DNA from: Ilumatobacteraceae bacterium
Lineage (GTDB): Bacteria; Actinomycetota; Acidimicrobiia; Acidimicrobiales; Ilumatobacteraceae
DNA length: 52,673 bases
Direction: 5' to 3'
Assembly (NCBI GenBank): GCA_041686315.1
Contig: JAWLEC010000001.1
Coordinates: forward strand, 1 to 52,673
How positions within the stretch are numbered: the first letter of the stretch is position 1; each line of letters begins with the position of its first letter. Below the pieces are notes generated by a model. The model worked only from the letters and a program-made list of their open reading frames with translations, had not been told where the DNA came from and searched no databases. Of the stretch, positions 36,950-45,305 are shown in pieces. Position numbers and translations under genes: made by a program.

Positions 36950-39900
36950 TCAACGGAAGTTGCGGGTGACGACGCTCGACTCGGCGGGCACGGGGAGCGG
37001 GGCGAGGTGCTCGGCGACGATGTTCACCACGCCCTCGCTGCGTTCCAGCCGGCCGCGCACCAGCATCGCCGGCGCCTCCCGGGCCACCGTGCGGAACCGG
37101 GCCCAGCAGCCCTTCGACACCACCACGTTGACCAGGCCCGTCTCGTCCTCGAGGTTGAGGAACGTCACCCCCTGCGCGGTCATCGGCCGCTGGCGGTGCG
37201 TGACCACACCGGCCACCTGCACGGTCGACCCCGGCTCGGGCTCGACCAGCTGGTCGGACGTGAGCACCCCGAGTTCGGTCAACCGGTCGCGCACGAAGAC
37301 GGTGGGGTGCCCGTCGGGCGACACACCGGTGGCCCACAGGTCGGCCACCGCCTCCTCCACCGGCGTCATCCCCGGCAGACGGGGTGCGTCGGCACCGGTG
37401 ACCACACCGGCCAGCCGGCCCGGGCGTGACTGTGCCGTGGCGCCCACGGTCCACAGCGCCTCACGCCGGTCGAGTCCGAAGCACTCCTCGAATGCGCCGG
37501 CGGTGGCGAGCGCCTCCAGTTGCGGCAGCGTCAGCGGCGGCACACGTCGCACGAGGTCCTCGGTGTCGGCGTAGGCGCCGTCGGCGGCACGCACGGCTTC
37601 GATCTCCTCGGCCAGGTCGGCACCGATCCCGCGCACCGAACCCAGCCCGAGCCGCACCGCGACCTCACCCACCGACTCGGCGCTCGGCTCGAGGGTGGCC
37701 GCGGCCGACGAGGCGTTCAGGTCGGGCGTGCGCACCACCACCCCGTGGCGGCGGGCGTCGCGTACCAGCGTGTGCGGTGACCAGAACCCCATCGGCTGGG
37801 CGTTGAGCAGCGCCGCGCAGAAAGCCGCCGGCTCGTGGTACTTGATCCACGACGAGGCGTACACGAGGTAGGCGAAGCTCACCGAGTGCGACTCGGGGAA
37901 GCCGTAGTCGGCGAACGCCTTCATCTTCGCGAACAGCTCGTCGGCGACCTCGCCGGTGATCCCCCGCTCGGCCATCCCCGCGTACAGCCGCTGCTTCAGC
38001 CGCTCCATCCGTGCCGCCGAGCGCTTCGACCCCATCGCCTGGCGCAGCTCGTCGGACTCGGCCGGCGTGAACCCGGCCACGTCGATCGCCATCTGCATCA
38101 GTTGTTCCTGGAACAGCGGCACCCCCAGCGTCTTGCCCAACGAGTTCTCGAGCAACGGGTGGAGATAGGTGACGGGTTCCCTGCCGTTGCGCCGCCGGAT
38201 GTAGGGGTGCACCGACCCGCCCTGGATGGGGCCGGGGCGGATGAGCGCCACCTCCACCACGAGGTCGTAGAAGCGGCGCGGCTTCAGCCGTGGCAGGGTG
38301 GCCATCTGGGCGCGTGACTCGATCTGGAACACGCCCACCGTGTCGGCCCGGCACAACATGGCGTAGACGTCGTCGTCCTGCGGGATGGTGGCCAGGTCGA
38401 TCTCGTACCCACGGTGCTCGCGCACGAGATCCACGGCGTAGTGCAGCGCCGACAGCATCCCCAGGCCCAGCAGGTCGAACTTCACGAGGCCCGTGCGGGC
38501 GCAGTCGTCCTTGTCCCACTGCAGCACCGACCGCTTGTCCATCCGTGCCCACTCGACGGGGCACACCTCGATCACCGGGCGATCGCAGATCACCATGCCG
38601 CCCGAGTGGATGCCGAGGTGCCGTGGCGCGTCCTCCACCTCCGCCGCCAGCTCGATCACCGGCTCGGGGATCGAACAGCCGGGCTGCGCCGCCGTGGCCG
38701 CCACACCACCCCACCCGTCGACCTGCTTCGACCAGGCATCCTGCTGGCCAGGCTCGAACCCGAGCGCCTTGGCCATGTCGCGTACCGCCGACCGTGCCCG
38801 GTAGGTGATCACGTTGGCCACCTGTGCGGTGTGGTGCCGTCCGTACTGTCGGTAGACGTACTGGATCACCTCTTCGCGCCGGTCGCTCTCGATGTCGACG
38901 TCGATGTCGGGCGGCCCGTCACGCTCGGGCGACAGGAACCGCTCGAACAGCAGCCCCAGCGACACGGCGTCGGCGGCGGTGACGCCGAGGGCGTAGCAGA
39001 CCGCCGAGTTGGCGGCGCTCCCCCGCCCCTGGCAGTAGATGTCGGCCCGGCGGCAGAACTCCACGATGTCCCACACGATGAGGAAGTAGCCGGCGAAGCC
39101 GAGTTGCTCGATCAGGGCCAGTTCGTGGTCGATGGTGCGCCACGCCCGGGCCCGCAGCGACAGGTCCTCCGAGCCCGTGGGCCGTTCGCCGTACCTGCGC
39201 CGGGCGCCCTCCTCGGTGATCCGCCGGAGGTACTGCATCTCGGTGAGCGGTTTCCCGTCGGGCCCGTCGGGGCACGGGAACGGCGGCAGCTTGGGCGCCA
39301 CGAGCGCGAGGTCGAACGCCGCGGCGCGCCCGATCTCGGCGGCTCGCTCCACCACTCCCGGATAGCGGCGGAACCGGCGCGCCTGCTCGGCGCCCGACCG
39401 GAGGTGGGCTCCGGCGGCCGCCGGCAGCCACGGGTCGATCTGGTCGAGACTGCGGCGCGACCGCACTGCTGCGAGCGCGGTGGCCAGGCGTCGTTGGGCG
39501 GGGGTGGCGTAGTGCACGTTGTTGGTGGCCACGCAACCGACGCCCTCCCGGTGGGCGATCTCGACCAGCGCATCGTTGCGGGCCGAGTCGAGCGGGTCGC
39601 CGTGGTCCCACAGCTCCACCAGCACCCGGTCGCGCCCGAACGCCGACACCAGGCGCTGCAGCTCGCGCCGGGCGGCCGCCGGGCCGTGGGCGACGAGTGC
39701 GGCGGGCACCGCCCCCTTCCGGCAGCCGGTGAGCACCCATCCGTGTCCGGCCAGTTGATCGGCCACGTCGTGGAACCCGAACCGGGGGGCCCCTTTCTCG
39801 CCGGCGAGATGGCCCTGGCTGAGAGCCCGCGAGAGCCGGGCGTAGCCGTCGGGGCCGTCGGCCAGCACCAGCAGGTGGGTGCCCGACGGGTCGGGGGCGT

Positions 39901-40462
39901 GGGCGTCGGGTACCCGGCCGGTGGGGACCTGGGCGACCGTGTCGGCCTCGGTGAGCACCACCGACCGGCGAGCGCCGGCGCCGACGCCGGCATCTGCGAC
40001 GGCGGTGGTGGCGGCGGTCGCGGCAGTGGCGGCCTCGGCCGCATCGGTGAGGGTGATCTCGGCGCCGAACACGGTGGGCAGCCCCACGGCCGCGGCGGCC
40101 TCGGCGAATCGCACCACGCCGTAGAGCCCGTCGTGGTCGGTGACGGCCAACGCCTCGAGCCCCAGTCGGGCGGCCTCGGTGGCCAGTTCCTCGGGATGCG
40201 ACGCCCCGTCGAGGAACGAGAAGTTCGAGTGGCAGTGCAGCTCGGCGTAGGGCATGTGGTCGACCGGCCGTGACGGGGCCTCGTCGGGGCCGTCGGGCGC
40301 CTGGAACGGCTGGCGGCGTCGGCTCCATGCCGGCCCGTCTCCGCCGGCGTTCCACGACGGGCTCCCGGGGGCGCGCCCGTCCCGGCCTGTCCGTCCCGGC
40401 GGCTTTCCCGACAGTGTCGCTTCGAGTTCGCTCCAGGACCAGGACGGGTTGTTGAACCCCAC
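36950..40462 (-). CDS. dnaE2: error-prone DNA polymerase III alpha, DnaE2 (ImuC)
   Basis: ORF 36950..40480. The PHP domain motif is YAELHCHSNFSFLDGASHPEEL. The N-terminus from the second GTG (40462), (M)GFNNPSWSWSELEATLSGKP, parallels the mycobacterial DnaE2 N-terminus. The first GTG (40480) lies inside the SOS box. Confidence 0.9.
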   Translation of the reverse strand: MGFNNPSWSWSELEATLSGKPPGRTGRDGRAPGSPSWNAGGDGPAWSRRRQPFQAPDGPDEAPSRPVDHMPYAELHCHSNFSFLDGASHPEELATEAARLGLEALAVTDHDGLYGVVRFAEAAAAVGLPTVFGAEITLTDAAEAATAATAATTAVADAGVGAGARRSVVLTEADTVAQVPTGRVPDAHAPDPSGTHLLVLADGPDGYARLSRALSQGHLAGEKGAPRFGFHDVADQLAGHGWVLTGCRKGAVPAALVAHGPAAARRELQRLVSAFGRDRVLVELWDHGDPLDSARNDALVEIAHREGVGCVATNNVHYATPAQRRLATALAAVRSRRSLDQIDPWLPAAAGAHLRSGAEQARRFRRYPGVVERAAEIGRAAAFDLALVAPKLPPFPCPDGPDGKPLTEMQYLRRITEEGARRRYGERPTGSEDLSLRARAWRTIDHELALIEQLGFAGYFLIVWDIVEFCRRADIYCQGRGSAANSAVCYALGVTAADAVSLGLLFERFLSPERDGPPDIDVDIESDRREEVIQYVYRQYGRHHTAQVANVITYRARSAVRDMAKALGFEPGQQDAWSKQVDGWGGVAATAAQPGCSIPEPVIELAAEVEDAPRHLGIHSGGMVICDRPVIEVCPVEWARMDKRSVLQWDKDDCARTGLVKFDLLGLGMLSALHYAVDLVREHRGYEIDLATIPQDDDVYAMLCRADTVGVFQIESRAQMATLPRLKPRRFYDLVVEVALIRPGPIQGGSVHPYIRRRNGREPVTYLHPLLENSLGKTLGVPLFQEQLMQMAIDVAGFTPAESDELRQAMGSKRSAARMERLKQRLYAGMAERGITGEVADELFAKMKAFADYGFPESHSVSFAYLVYASSWIKYHEPAAFCAALLNAQPMGFWSPHTLVRDARRHGVVVRTPDLNASSAAATLEPSAESVGEVAVRLGLGSVRGIGADLAEEIEAVRAADGAYADTEDLVRRVPPLTLPQLEALATAGAFEECFGLDRREALWTVGATAQSRPGRLAGVVTGADAPRLPGMTPVEEAVADLWATGVSPDGHPTVFVRDRLTELGVLTSDQLVEPEPGSTVQVAGVVTHRQRPMTAQGVTFLNLEDETGLVNVVVSKGCWARFRTVAREAPAMLVRGRLERSEGVVNIVAEHLAPLPVPAESSVVTRNFR

Positions 40463-40472
40463 CCCTCCAGTA

Positions 40473-40488
40473 TCGAACACACGTTCGC
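40473..40488. promoter_or_regulatory. LexA (SOS) box upstream of dnaE2
   Basis: TCGAACacacGTTCGc matches the actinobacterial consensus TCGAAC-N4-GTTCGA. It lies 11 nt upstream of the preferred start. Confidence 0.7.
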
Positions 40489-40500
40489 CATCCGCAACTT

Positions 40501-40553
40501 CCGAAAAATGCCTGGTTCGTAGCGCGTGCCGCTACGAACGGGGCATTTTTCGG
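40501..40553. repeat. 53-bp palindromic element, family A copy 3
   Basis: CCGAAAAATGCCtggTTCGTAGCGCgtgccGCTACGAAcggGGCATTTTTCGG, between the NUDIX stop and the dnaE2 SOS box. Confidence 0.85.
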
Positions 40554-40564
40554 GGTTTGGCGGG

Positions 40565-41173
40565 TCAGGTGAGGCGTTCGGCGAGGGCGATGAGGGCGCC
40601 GCGGAGGCCGGGGTCGGCGATGGCGATGGCCTGGGTCCAGCCGAACCAGGCGATGTCCTGACTCTCACCCTCGGGCGGTGCGGGGTCGGCGTCGCCGCCG
40701 TCGATGAGATAGCGCAGGTCGAGATGGGTGTGGCCGCGTCCGCCCGGGTGCACGTCGACGTGGATCAGTTCCGGGACGCCGCGCGATTCGATGTCCGACG
40801 CGGCGTCCGGGTCGGCGCTCGAGGCCGCCTCCGACTCGTCGAACGAATCGAACGACACGTCGAGCCCGGTCTCCTCCGCACTTTCGCGCAGGGCCGCGTC
40901 CCACGGTGTCTCACCCGGGTCGATGTGGCCGCCGGGTTGCAGCCAGATGCCGAGCCGCTTGTGCTTCAACAGCACCACTCCACGGTGCCCGACCACGATC
41001 CCCGAACCGGTCACGTGGACCGGATCGAGGCGCTGGTCGAACGGATCCGCCAATCCGTCGAACGCCTCGAGAAAGGCCGCCACCGACCGTTCCTCGCGCT
41101 CGTCGACCGGTGCCCGCGCGGCCACGGAGGCCTGCACGTGGCGGCGGACGTCGACCGGAAGATCACCCATCAC
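40565..41173 (-). CDS. NUDIX hydrolase
   Basis: 202 aa. The Nudix box is GGHIDPGETPWDAALRESAEETGL. Confidence 0.8.
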   Translation of the reverse strand: MMGDLPVDVRRHVQASVAARAPVDEREERSVAAFLEAFDGLADPFDQRLDPVHVTGSGIVVGHRGVVLLKHKRLGIWLQPGGHIDPGETPWDAALRESAEETGLDVSFDSFDESEAASSADPDAASDIESRGVPELIHVDVHPGGRGHTHLDLRYLIDGGDADPAPPEGESQDIAWFGWTQAIAIADPGLRGALIALAERLT

Positions 41174-41342
41174 CCCTGCCTAGCAGGAGGTCCACACCCA
41201 TCGCACCGAATCACACGCGTGTCATTTCTCTTCGATTTCTCCTTGAGTTCGCAAGTGGGGTGACCGATAGCAACACCAGAACACGAACTCGGGCGACACC
41301 AGCTCGACCACACCAGTCGGCGGAACTGACGGACGGACACCC

Positions 41343-42110
41343 ATGGACTACGACACCAACATCGCACCTCGCATCCTGATCGCCGTGGACGATCCGGATC
41401 TGCGCCGGATCAGTGTGGCCGGGTTGCGGTCGGCGGGATTCAGCGTCAGCGCCCCCACCGACGGCGATGCGGCGATCATGTTGGCCGAGTCCTTCTCCCC
41501 CGACGTCCTCATCGTGTGCTCACGTCTGCGGGCCCCCGACGGTCGCCCGCTCTACGAACGACTCCGCGACTCGAGCGAGCAGTACCTCCTCTGCATCACC
41601 GACGAGGGAGCCCACCGGATCCGCGCCGCCGTACTCCACTCCGGTGCCGACGACGCCGTCTCCGTGCCGGTGTCGGCCGAGGAGCTGGCCGCCCGGTGCC
41701 ATGCACTCCTGCGCCGGCCGCGCCAGATGCAGGGTCGGGTGGATGCGGTGTTCGCCTCCACCCTGGTGCTCGGACCGCTGTCGATCGACCTCGGTCGCCG
41801 TGAGGTCCGCGTCGACGACGAGGAAGTGGCCACCACCCGGATCGAGTTCTCACTGCTCGAACAGCTGTGTCGGCGGCCGACCGAGGTGTGCACCCGCGAG
41901 GATCTCCTCGACGCCGTGTGGGGGCCGAAGTGGGTCGGCGACCACCACGTGGTCGACGTCCACCTGTCGAACCTGCGCCGCAAGCTCGACAAGGCGGCGC
42001 CCGAGCTGAAGGTGATCCACACCGTACGCGGCGTGGGTTTCCGTCTCGCCAACGACGTCACCGACCAGCTCGACATCTCCCAGCCGTTCGGCCTCGCCGC
42101 CGTCGTCTAG
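41343..42110 (+). CDS. OmpR/PhoB-family response regulator with degenerate receiver (no phospho-acceptor Asp)
   Basis: 255 aa with a receiver plus winged-helix domain (TRIEFSLLEQLC...VVDVHLSNLRRKL...IHTVRGVGFRL). The position aligned to PhoB Asp53 is Cys59 (TGC 41517-41519), and the conserved Lys is Val. Confidence 0.8.
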   Translation: MDYDTNIAPRILIAVDDPDLRRISVAGLRSAGFSVSAPTDGDAAIMLAESFSPDVLIVCSRLRAPDGRPLYERLRDSSEQYLLCITDEGAHRIRAAVLHSGADDAVSVPVSAEELAARCHALLRRPRQMQGRVDAVFASTLVLGPLSIDLGRREVRVDDEEVATTRIEFSLLEQLCRRPTEVCTREDLLDAVWGPKWVGDHHVVDVHLSNLRRKLDKAAPELKVIHTVRGVGFRLANDVTDQLDISQPFGLAAVV

Positions 42111-42148
42111 CAGGCGTCGAGGAGCGTCTCCTCCGACCCGCTCACGCC

Positions 42149-42197
42149 GAACGCGTGAACAGTATGCGGGCGCTCGGCGCACACTGTTCACGCGTTC
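42149..42197. repeat. 49-bp palindromic element, family B copy 2
   Basis: gAACGCGTGAACAGTaTGCG-ggcgctcgg-CGCACACTGTTCACGCGTTc, between convergent genes. Confidence 0.85.
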
Positions 42198-42198
42198 G

Positions 42199-43947
42199 TC
42201 AGTCGTAGCGGGCGCTGATCCACCATCGACGGTGCTCGGCGACCACGAGATAGCCGCACTGGTCGTCGGTGACGACCTGGAACCGCGCCAGGCGTCGATG
42301 CCGCTCGGGCTCCCACCACCGCTCCTCCACCGGCCAGGGGCCCGCCCACCCCACCACCGGCCGCGGCCGGCCACGACGCCACCCCGATGCGGCGTCACCC
42401 GACAGCAGGTGCAGTGTGGCCGGAGGCGCCGACACGGCGCCGCGCCCGGTCACGGTGAGCGATTCGCCGTGCTCGTCGAGCAGTTCGGCCGGAACGGGTT
42501 CGGCGAGCACCGTGGCCGGTGACGGCGACGGCAGCGAACCCGGCCACGGCCCCGCGGGCCCGCTGCCGGTGCCGGCGTGGGACACCGCCCGGTGCTCGAG
42601 GTCGACCGTGGTGGCCGGCACCCACCGGTACCGGTCGGCCGGCAGGCGGCCACCGCGCCACACCGGAACGGTCACCGCATCGTCGGAGGTGAGCGTGGTG
42701 AGCCGGGCGATGGTCCGCGCAGCCCGCCGGTCGGCGTCGGACTGCCCGCCCCACAGACCCAGCTGGACACCTTCGTCGGCACGCACCTCGTCGGGGCTGA
42801 GCCGGATCAGCGAGATCCCGCCCGTGAGTTGGTGGTCGCTGCCCGGCGGGAGCCCGATCCAGGCGTCGAGTTGCCAACGGATCCGTTCGACCATCGCCGC
42901 TGCGGTGAGCCCACCCGAGCGGTACCACGACCGTTCGGAGCGTTCCCCGTGTTCGGATTCGAGCAGCACCACCAACCGGGTGCACACCCGGCCGTCGGCC
43001 GCCAGCGTGCCGGCCAGCTCGTCGGCCAGTTGCTTGGCCACGAACACCACCGCGCTCGACTGGGCCGCAGGATCGTCGAGCACCTGATCGAGCCGTCGCT
43101 CGGGGGCCGGGTCGGTGGTGCCCGACGGGCGGACGTCGGCTCCCGACGCCAGGCGGTGCGCATGCACGCCCGCATGGCCGAAACGGCCGAGGACATCGGC
43201 GGCGTCGAGCGCCGCGAGGTGGCCGAGGCGGCGGAGGCCGAGCCGGGTGAACAGCTCGACCAGATCGGGATCGGCCTCGCCCAGGGTCTGCAACCAGCCG
43301 ATCGGCAACGGAGCGCAGAAAGCCGGCGAACCGGTGGGGTCGACCACCACCGGTTCGCTACGACGCACCGCCAACCGGGCCGCCACGCTCGATGCGAACC
43401 GCCCGTCGGCCACGCCCACACCCACGTCCACCTTCATCCCGGCATCGGCGGCACCGGCTGCATCGTCTGCAGCGCCTGCGCCGGCCACAGCGCCGGCACC
43501 GTCTGCAGTGTCTGCATCGGCTGCACCAGCGTCGCCGGCACCGGCGCTCGCGACGGCCGCCGCCGAAGCAGCAGTCGGCGCCAGCCGCTCGGCGAGGGAG
43601 CGATCGCCGCCGAAGTACCGCGAGGGGCCACGCGCCGACAGCGTGATCCAGCCGGGTTCGACGACATCGAGCCGAGGTGAGATCTCGGCGACGGCGCGTA
43701 CCACCGGTTCGAATCGGCCGGCGTCACGGTCGGGGTCGTGGTCGACGAGCCGGATGTGCGGGCAACGTCGCTGCGCCTGCCGGCGCCGCTGGCCGATCAC
43801 CACACCCTCGGCGGCGGCCGCAGGTGTGCGCGCCACCACCCGATTGGCGCGCATCACTGCGCCTGGCACGTCCGGACGCAACCCCGCGGCCACTGCCGGC
43901 CAGTCGGGGAACCACACCGTGACGATCCGCTCGGGCTGCTCGTTCAT
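42199..43947 (-). CDS. imuB: ImuB (Y-family polymerase-like mutasome subunit)
   Basis: Start at Met52 of ORF 42199..44100 (MNEQPERIVTVWFPDWP is the typical ImuB N-terminus). It lies 5 nt downstream of imuA'. Confidence 0.85.
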   Translation of the reverse strand: MNEQPERIVTVWFPDWPAVAAGLRPDVPGAVMRANRVVARTPAAAAEGVVIGQRRRQAQRRCPHIRLVDHDPDRDAGRFEPVVRAVAEISPRLDVVEPGWITLSARGPSRYFGGDRSLAERLAPTAASAAAVASAGAGDAGAADADTADGAGAVAGAGAADDAAGAADAGMKVDVGVGVADGRFASSVAARLAVRRSEPVVVDPTGSPAFCAPLPIGWLQTLGEADPDLVELFTRLGLRRLGHLAALDAADVLGRFGHAGVHAHRLASGADVRPSGTTDPAPERRLDQVLDDPAAQSSAVVFVAKQLADELAGTLAADGRVCTRLVVLLESEHGERSERSWYRSGGLTAAAMVERIRWQLDAWIGLPPGSDHQLTGGISLIRLSPDEVRADEGVQLGLWGGQSDADRRAARTIARLTTLTSDDAVTVPVWRGGRLPADRYRWVPATTVDLEHRAVSHAGTGSGPAGPWPGSLPSPSPATVLAEPVPAELLDEHGESLTVTGRGAVSAPPATLHLLSGDAASGWRRGRPRPVVGWAGPWPVEERWWEPERHRRLARFQVVTDDQCGYLVVAEHRRWWISARYD

Positions 43948-43952
43948 GTCAC

Positions 43953-44633
43953 TCAGGCGGGGACGGCGAACTCGCCGCGCCGCACACCCGGTGACCGGCG
44001 CCCGGCAGCCGACACGTGTACGGCCCGGCGGCGCAGGTGTCCGCAGCCGTCGCCGATGCCCTCCCACGGCCGGCCGTCGGCGTGGAGTTCGCCGTCGCAC
44101 GGCAGGATGCCCGGCTCACCCAGCACCACGACCACCGCCCCCTGCTGCTGGATGCGGGTGACGAGCTTGCGCACCATGGCGGAGGGCAACCCGGTCGGCA
44201 CACGCACCAGCAACACGTCGAATCCGTCGGCTGCTGCAGCGACCGCCTCGATCCACCGGCGAGGATCGCCACCGGTGTCGACGGCGACCACGCGCTCCAA
44301 CGGCACCCCGAGTTCACTGGCGGCGTCGAGTCCGAGTGTGGGGAGGTCGACCACGGCCACCCACCCCCCGGCCGCCACGGTGGGGGCGAGCAGCGAGCAG
44401 GCGAACGACGTGGCCGCCGACCCGGCGCACGACAGCACGCGTCCACGCACGAGCCCGCCGTCGGGGAACAGGTGGGCGACGGCGTCGGGGACGGGCAGGA
44501 TGCGCTCACGGGCGAGCGTGAGCGGCGCCACCCGCTCCCCCAGTGCCGCGAGCGCCTCCGAGAGACCAGGACGGGCGGGCGTGTCGGACGGATCGGACGT
44601 GGGGATCGGACCGGAGGTGAGTGCGAGGCTCAT
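43953..44633 (-). CDS. imuA: ImuA' (RecA-fold mutasome accessory protein)
   Basis: 226 aa. Its position directly upstream of imuB with an SOS box supports the call, and the sequence pattern (LFPDGGLVRGRV...GGWVAVVD) resembles mycobacterial ImuA'. Confidence 0.75.
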   Translation of the reverse strand: MSLALTSGPIPTSDPSDTPARPGLSEALAALGERVAPLTLARERILPVPDAVAHLFPDGGLVRGRVLSCAGSAATSFACSLLAPTVAAGGWVAVVDLPTLGLDAASELGVPLERVVAVDTGGDPRRWIEAVAAAADGFDVLLVRVPTGLPSAMVRKLVTRIQQQGAVVVVLGEPGILPCDGELHADGRPWEGIGDGCGHLRRRAVHVSAAGRRSPGVRRGEFAVPA

Positions 44634-44645
44634 CCCACCATGGTA

Positions 44646-44660
44646 TCGAACATGTGTTCG
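44646..44660. promoter_or_regulatory. LexA (SOS) box upstream of imuA'-imuB
   Basis: TCGAACatgtGTTCG, 13 nt upstream of the imuA' start. It shares the extended GTATCGAACA flank with the dnaE2 box. Confidence 0.7.
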
Positions 44661-44735
44661 GTACCACCGAGCGCAGAGACTTCCGGCGTCGGTCGAATTC
44701 GGGTGGCGAATCCTGCCCTGGTCGGGCGTCGCGGG

Positions 44736-45194
44736 TCAGCCCTGTTTGGCGTTCCAGCGTTCGCGGCCGGCGCGGCTGCGTTCGAGGATGTGCGCCGGGA
44801 CCCGTTTGGCGGCTTCGGAGAGCCCCGAATCGCCACCGTCGTCGCCACCACCGCCGGTGTCGACCGGCTCCTCGGGTTGGAGGTCCTCGAACGACGGGGG
44901 CGTCACACCCGGCTTCCAGTACTGGTACATGTACCGGATGATGTCGGACAGCCCCTCGGCGTCGTGGCCCTTCTCGAGGTCGACCGTGATGATGTTGGCG
45001 AACACGTGCACCGCATCGACCTGACCGGTGGCGAACAGGCGGCGGGCCAGCTCGTCGGACGGGCCATCGCCGTAGGCGTCGGCGAGCGAGTCGTAGTGCT
45101 CGTGGCCCTGGCCCGACAGCGTGCGGTTGATCTCGAAGCGGACGACACCTCGTGTCGAACTCGGCTTCTCGGTGACGGCGACCAGCTGACCCAT
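44736..45194 (-). CDS. hypothetical protein, possibly Nfu_N-like domain plus acidic/Gly tail
   Basis: 152 aa. VVRFEINRTL...DELARRLFATGQVDAVHVFANIITVDLEKG resembles the Nfu/NifU N-terminal domain pattern (weak call from memory). Confidence 0.5.
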   Translation of the reverse strand: MGQLVAVTEKPSSTRGVVRFEINRTLSGQGHEHYDSLADAYGDGPSDELARRLFATGQVDAVHVFANIITVDLEKGHDAEGLSDIIRYMYQYWKPGVTPPSFEDLQPEEPVDTGGGGDDGGDSGLSEAAKRVPAHILERSRAGRERWNAKQG

Positions 45195-45255
45195 GACGCC
45201 GCAACGCTAGCGCCCGCACACCGCTGCCGCCCAGCTCCGGCGCCCACCCAGTTCC

Positions 45256-45303
45256 GAACGCGTGATCAGTTGGCGGCGAGTGACCGCACACTGATCACGC
45301 GTT
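45256..45303. repeat. 48-bp palindromic element, family B copy 3 (compensated variant)
   Basis: gAACGCGTGAtCAGTtgGCG-gcgagtgac-CGCACACTGaTCACGCGTT. The A-to-T change in the left arm is matched by T-to-A in the right arm. Confidence 0.85.
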
Positions 45304-45305
45304 GG

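Noticed and set aside
41174-41342. A/T-richer 169-nt spacer between the NUDIX and response-regulator genes as a possible small RNA gene.
   Set aside because: I could see no convincing terminator or stable structure. It is most simply a divergent promoter region.
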